From contig JBJKQR010000084.1 of assembly GCA_046735395.1 (NCBI GenBank), positions 1 to 64,000 of the forward strand: a DNA stretch of 64,000 bases. The letters run 5' to 3'. Shown piece after piece: positions 60,917 to 64,000 of this stretch. How positions within the stretch are numbered: the stretch's first letter is position 1; each line of letters starts with the position of its first letter. The notes below the pieces were generated by a model. That model was not told where the DNA came from, searched no databases, and saw only the letters and a program-made list of their open reading frames with translations. Made by a program: the position numbers and the translations under genes. This stretch comes from Fidelibacterota bacterium. GTDB lineage: Bacteria; Fidelibacterota; Fidelibacteria; Fidelibacterales; DSDE01.

Positions 60917-61746
60917 TGGGCAGCCTCCACCAGATCCCGCATAACGTCGCGAACCAGATCCTTGATTTCCCCGGCCGTGTTCTGATACATTTTCAGATCG
61001 CGCCCCTTCAGAGTTATACTTTTCACTTTATGCACCTTGGTCGGCGATCCCTTCAGGCCGCAGCGCGATTCATCGAGCTGCAGGTCGTCCAGATTCAGAA
61101 TCTGGAAGGCGTCATCATTTGATTTCCCTTCCGGCATATCCACCTTGAAATTCTTCAGCATGAGCTGAGCATTGGGAAAGCGTGGCGTATTGGCAGCTGA
61201 TGTCACGGTGAGCAGAACCGGATAACCGCTGCGAATCACTTCCGTCTGCATTTCTCCATCCCGTTCGACCGTAATATTTTCGTTCGTCACGTCCCGGAGA
61301 CTGGAGACATAGGTAATCTGATTGAAGCCAATTTTGTCCGCTGTCTGGGGCCCGACCTGAGCCGTGTCCCCGTCAATGGCCTGACGGCCGGCAATCACCA
61401 GATCCACATCCCCGATCTGACGTATCGCCTCGGACAGCACATAGGAAGTAGCCAGCGTATCCGCCGCGGCAAAACGTCGGTCGGTAATGAGCTGGACTTT
61501 ATCGGCGCCCATATACAGCGCCTGTTTCAAAATTTCGAGGGCTTTGGGCGGCCCCATGGTAACAACAGTAATTTCTGCGCCAAGACGGTCCTTGATCTGC
61601 AGAGCCAGTTCAAGAGCGTTCAGATCTTCCGGATTGTAAATAGCGGGTAGGGCAGCCCGATTCACTGTTCCATCCGGCCGCATAGCTTCCCCGGTCACAT
61701 TCGCCGTATCGGGAACCTGTTTGGCGAGGACGACAATTTTTTTCAT
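60913..61746 (-). CDS. etfB: Electron transfer flavoprotein beta subunit
   Basis: KQVPDT, NPEDLNALE, MGPP, ADTLATS, GRQAIDGDTAQVGP, GLKGSPT; GGAGG RBS before ATG 61746. Confidence 0.95.
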   Translation of the reverse strand: MKKIVVLAKQVPDTANVTGEAMRPDGTVNRAALPAIYNPEDLNALELALQIKDRLGAEITVVTMGPPKALEILKQALYMGADKVQLITDRRFAAADTLATSYVLSEAIRQIGDVDLVIAGRQAIDGDTAQVGPQTADKIGFNQITYVSSLRDVTNENITVERDGEMQTEVIRSGYPVLLTVTSAANTPRFPNAQLMLKNFKVDMPEGKSNDDAFQILNLDDLQLDESRCGLKGSPTKVHKVKSITLKGRDLKMYQNTAGEIKDLVRDVMRDLVEAAQ

Positions 61747-61867
61747 TTTCCCTCCTGTAATCAATTTCAAAAAGCTGAGTATCTGATCTTTATACTCTGA
61801 GCATTTTCGCGGCGAAATTACAAATTTATATTCTGGATCGGAAAAGGTTTTTTTCCCGGGAACACCG

Positions 61868-61891
61868 TCTGTGAGTCTTTTCACTCACAGA
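61868..61891 (-). terminator. Hairpin downstream of anmK
   Basis: TCTGTGAGT-CTTTTC-ACTCACAGA perfect stem; U tract weak. Confidence 0.5.
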
Positions 61892-61904
61892 AACTGCTTC
61901 CTTC

Positions 61905-63041
61905 TCACGAAAGATCTTCCCCGTGAGCAGGCAGCTGCGCCTTCCCGTAAATGACTGAAGCCCGGGCACCTGTCACCGTGGAAAGATCAACAGCTATCTT
62001 CAGTATATGGGCGGCTCCGTAAACGGCCATACCGAAGGCTTCCTTCATATCCGGATGCAGGGGTTCATCCGGAAGCGGAGCCACTGTAAACCGGGGCAGG
62101 CGGTCGGATAATTCCTTCATCAGTCGCCCATGTCGCGCGCCGCCGCCGCTCACATGAAGCGGAAGGGGATCTGCAGTGCCGGTGAAGCCTTTCAATGCAT
62201 CCGCCACCGATGCGGCTGTCAGGGCAGCCAGCGTCGCGAGCGCGTCCTCAAATTTCAGATTTACCAGATCCGATTCATGCTCCGCGATCCAATCCGGCCC
62301 GAATACGTCCCTGCCTGTGGATTTGGGCGCCGCTTCGGAGAAAAAGGGATGCATCATCCATTGCCCCAGTCGCCTCTCATCCACCTGTCCCCGGGCGGCA
62401 GTGTCGCCATCCCGGTCGAACTGATCCGGCCGATGTTTCCGGTAATATTCATCCAGCAGAGCCATTCCGGGGCCCGTATCGAATCCCAGCAGGGCCGCAT
62501 CTGAATTCCTCCCGGGAACCCGGGTTACATTGGCCACACCTCCCACATTCAGCAGGAAGGTATCACCGGGCCGGTTTCCGAAGAGCAGCCCGTCCACCCA
62601 GGGCATAAGCGGCGCACCGCTGCCTCCGGCGGCAATATCCGCAGCCCGGAAATCCGAAATTACCGGAACACCCAGATCCCGGGCAAGAAAGGCTGTCTCA
62701 CCGATCTGCAGTGTCGCCTTGCCCGGAATGTGGTACAGTGTCTGCCCATGGGAAGCAACCAGATCCAGATTCCGAATTCCTGTAGCATGGCAGCTTTCCT
62801 TCACCACCGAAGCCACCCAGCGGCCCCAGTCATAATTCACCTCACAGATGAGGGCGGTTGAACCATCGAGAGCCTGATGTATTTTTCCGCGTAATTCGTC
62901 AGGATAGGGATGGAATTCCTGAAGCAGCATTGTAAAATCGAGGTGCGGCGGATCCAGATGAATATCCGCGATGACAAGATCCAGGCCATCCATGGACGTC
63001 CCGGTCATCAGCCCGGCGCAACGGAGAAATGGGGTATTCAT
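61905..63041 (-). CDS. anmK: Anhydro-N-acetylmuramic acid kinase
   Basis: GLMTGTSMDG.D, SHGQT.YH, DFR.ADIAAGG.GAPL, N.GG.AN, FDTGPG, PKSTGR, GGGA. Confidence 0.95.
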   Translation of the reverse strand: MNTPFLRCAGLMTGTSMDGLDLVIADIHLDPPHLDFTMLLQEFHPYPDELRGKIHQALDGSTALICEVNYDWGRWVASVVKESCHATGIRNLDLVASHGQTLYHIPGKATLQIGETAFLARDLGVPVISDFRAADIAAGGSGAPLMPWVDGLLFGNRPGDTFLLNVGGVANVTRVPGRNSDAALLGFDTGPGMALLDEYYRKHRPDQFDRDGDTAARGQVDERRLGQWMMHPFFSEAAPKSTGRDVFGPDWIAEHESDLVNLKFEDALATLAALTAASVADALKGFTGTADPLPLHVSGGGARHGRLMKELSDRLPRFTVAPLPDEPLHPDMKEAFGMAVYGAAHILKIAVDLSTVTGARASVIYGKAQLPAHGEDLS

Positions 63042-63249
63042 TCGAAATGGTTCCTCCTGTATTTCTCATAATCAACGGACAATTTACAATAATTGAATCA
63101 TGAATTGCAGCCGAATATTCCGGCCTGGCCATCTCCGTTTTCCTATTTCTTCAACTCGTTCTTTCCTTATTGAGATAATATTTGTAATATTAGTGAAGAA
63201 CTGACAGCGATGAGGCTGTCTTTCACAGAAAAGGTAAAGAAGGATCACT

Positions 63250-63501
63250 ATGAATTCTGAAACGATACATGGCCACGAAGTACTGAAACTGATGGTAAAA
63301 GCCGGCGGGGCCTGGTCACGGGAAAAGCTGCTCCGCGATATCCGCAGCACATTCGGAACGGATGCCCGCTTCCATACCTGCACGGAACAGAGCCTGAATG
63401 CCGAGGAACTTCTGGATTTCCTCCAGTCTCGGGGAAAAATCGAGAACAGCAGCAGTGGCTACCGGGCTGACGAACAGAAAATCTGCAGCAACGCGGGATA
63501 A
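63250..63501 (+). CDS. YecH-family putative metal-binding protein
   Basis: IHGHEVL, FG.DARFHTC, EL..FL..RGK, terminal IC. Confidence 0.88.
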   Translation: MNSETIHGHEVLKLMVKAGGAWSREKLLRDIRSTFGTDARFHTCTEQSLNAEELLDFLQSRGKIENSSSGYRADEQKICSNAG

Positions 63502-63578
63502 ATTTTCAGCCTTCCTGCTGCAGGCTGTTTCCTATTCCCGATTAATTCGAATTATTATTTCAATATTTGAATATTATA

Positions 63579-64000
63579 TCATTCATCTAAGCTGTCAAGA
63601 GCAGCCCGTGGCAGGGACTTTCCGGTCTGGGCCCCCAGTTTTTTTATCTGTTCTATGCGCCCGATAATAGTCGTCCCCTTCTGAGGCGAGTCAAACAGTT
63701 TATTTCGGGCAGCCTGATAATCCTTGTCAAGCGCGGAAATTTTGCTGCCGATATTCTCCAGATCTTCGAAAAAACCCACGAACTTGTCATACAGCGCGCC
63801 GCTCTGCCGGGCGATTTCAGCCACGTTCCGCCGCTGATTTTCCTGTTTCCAGACAAAGGATATCACCCTGAGTGTTGCCAGGATGGTGGATGCGGAAGCG
63901 AGAACGATGTTTCGCGTCAGCGCTTTTTCAAAGAGTCCGCCGTCCTGTTTCAGCGCCGCGTAGAGCGCTGGTTCCAGAGGAACGAACATGATGACGTAAT
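63579..64000 (-). CDS. rmuC: DNA recombination protein RmuC (3' part; 5' end outside the window)
   Basis: MFVPLEPA, TILATLR....WKQE.Q..N..EIA...G.LYDKF.GF. Confidence 0.92.
   Translation of the reverse strand, partial: YVIMFVPLEPALYAALKQDGGLFEKALTRNIVLASASTILATLRVISFVWKQENQRRNVAEIARQSGALYDKFVGFFEDLENIGSKISALDKDYQAARNKLFDSPQKGTTIIGRIEQIKKLGAQTGKSLPRAALDSLDE

Noticed and set aside
1..64000. CRISPR arrays, IS elements, rRNA, recoded stop codons
   Set aside because: No regularly spaced repeats, transposase motifs or rRNA signatures were seen; recognised genes are intact under code 11

Overview
Chromosomal window from a moderately GC-rich bacterium, probably of the FCB superphylum. Ca. Marinimicrobia/Fidelibacterota-like is an inference from gene content: FlgD/T9SS-like C-terminal sorting domains, a PorV-like barrel, and a TonB receptor without SusD. 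Most of the window is housekeeping: rimP-nusA-infB-rbfA-truB-ribF-rpsO-pnp-M16 peptidase, rnhB(-yraN fusion)-lepB-hemW, Lrp-GSIII, tRNA-Gly(CCC), metK, sodB, acs, purL, uvrC, tatC, meaB, etfBA-acyl-CoA dehydrogenase, anmK and rmuC. The most notable accessory block is a five-gene plus-strand operon (46307-54903) between tatC and uvrC. It encodes a lipoprotein, a PorV/PorQ-like barrel, a TonB-dependent receptor, a secreted protein with a sorting domain, and an IPT lipoprotein, and looks like a SusD-free, secretion-coupled uptake system. Other items worth a second look: a probable 6S RNA, an unexplained ~230-nt structured intergenic element, a long structured metK leader, an orphan microcompartment-type aldehyde dehydrogenase, a degenerate NamZ-like protein, a small-ORF cluster with a possible B3-like DNA-binding domain, a tRNA-Gly with C55, and a recurring 25-bp palindromic motif. 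No CRISPR array, transposase, integrase or prophage was seen. All family assignments come from motif recognition by eye; no database searches were run.
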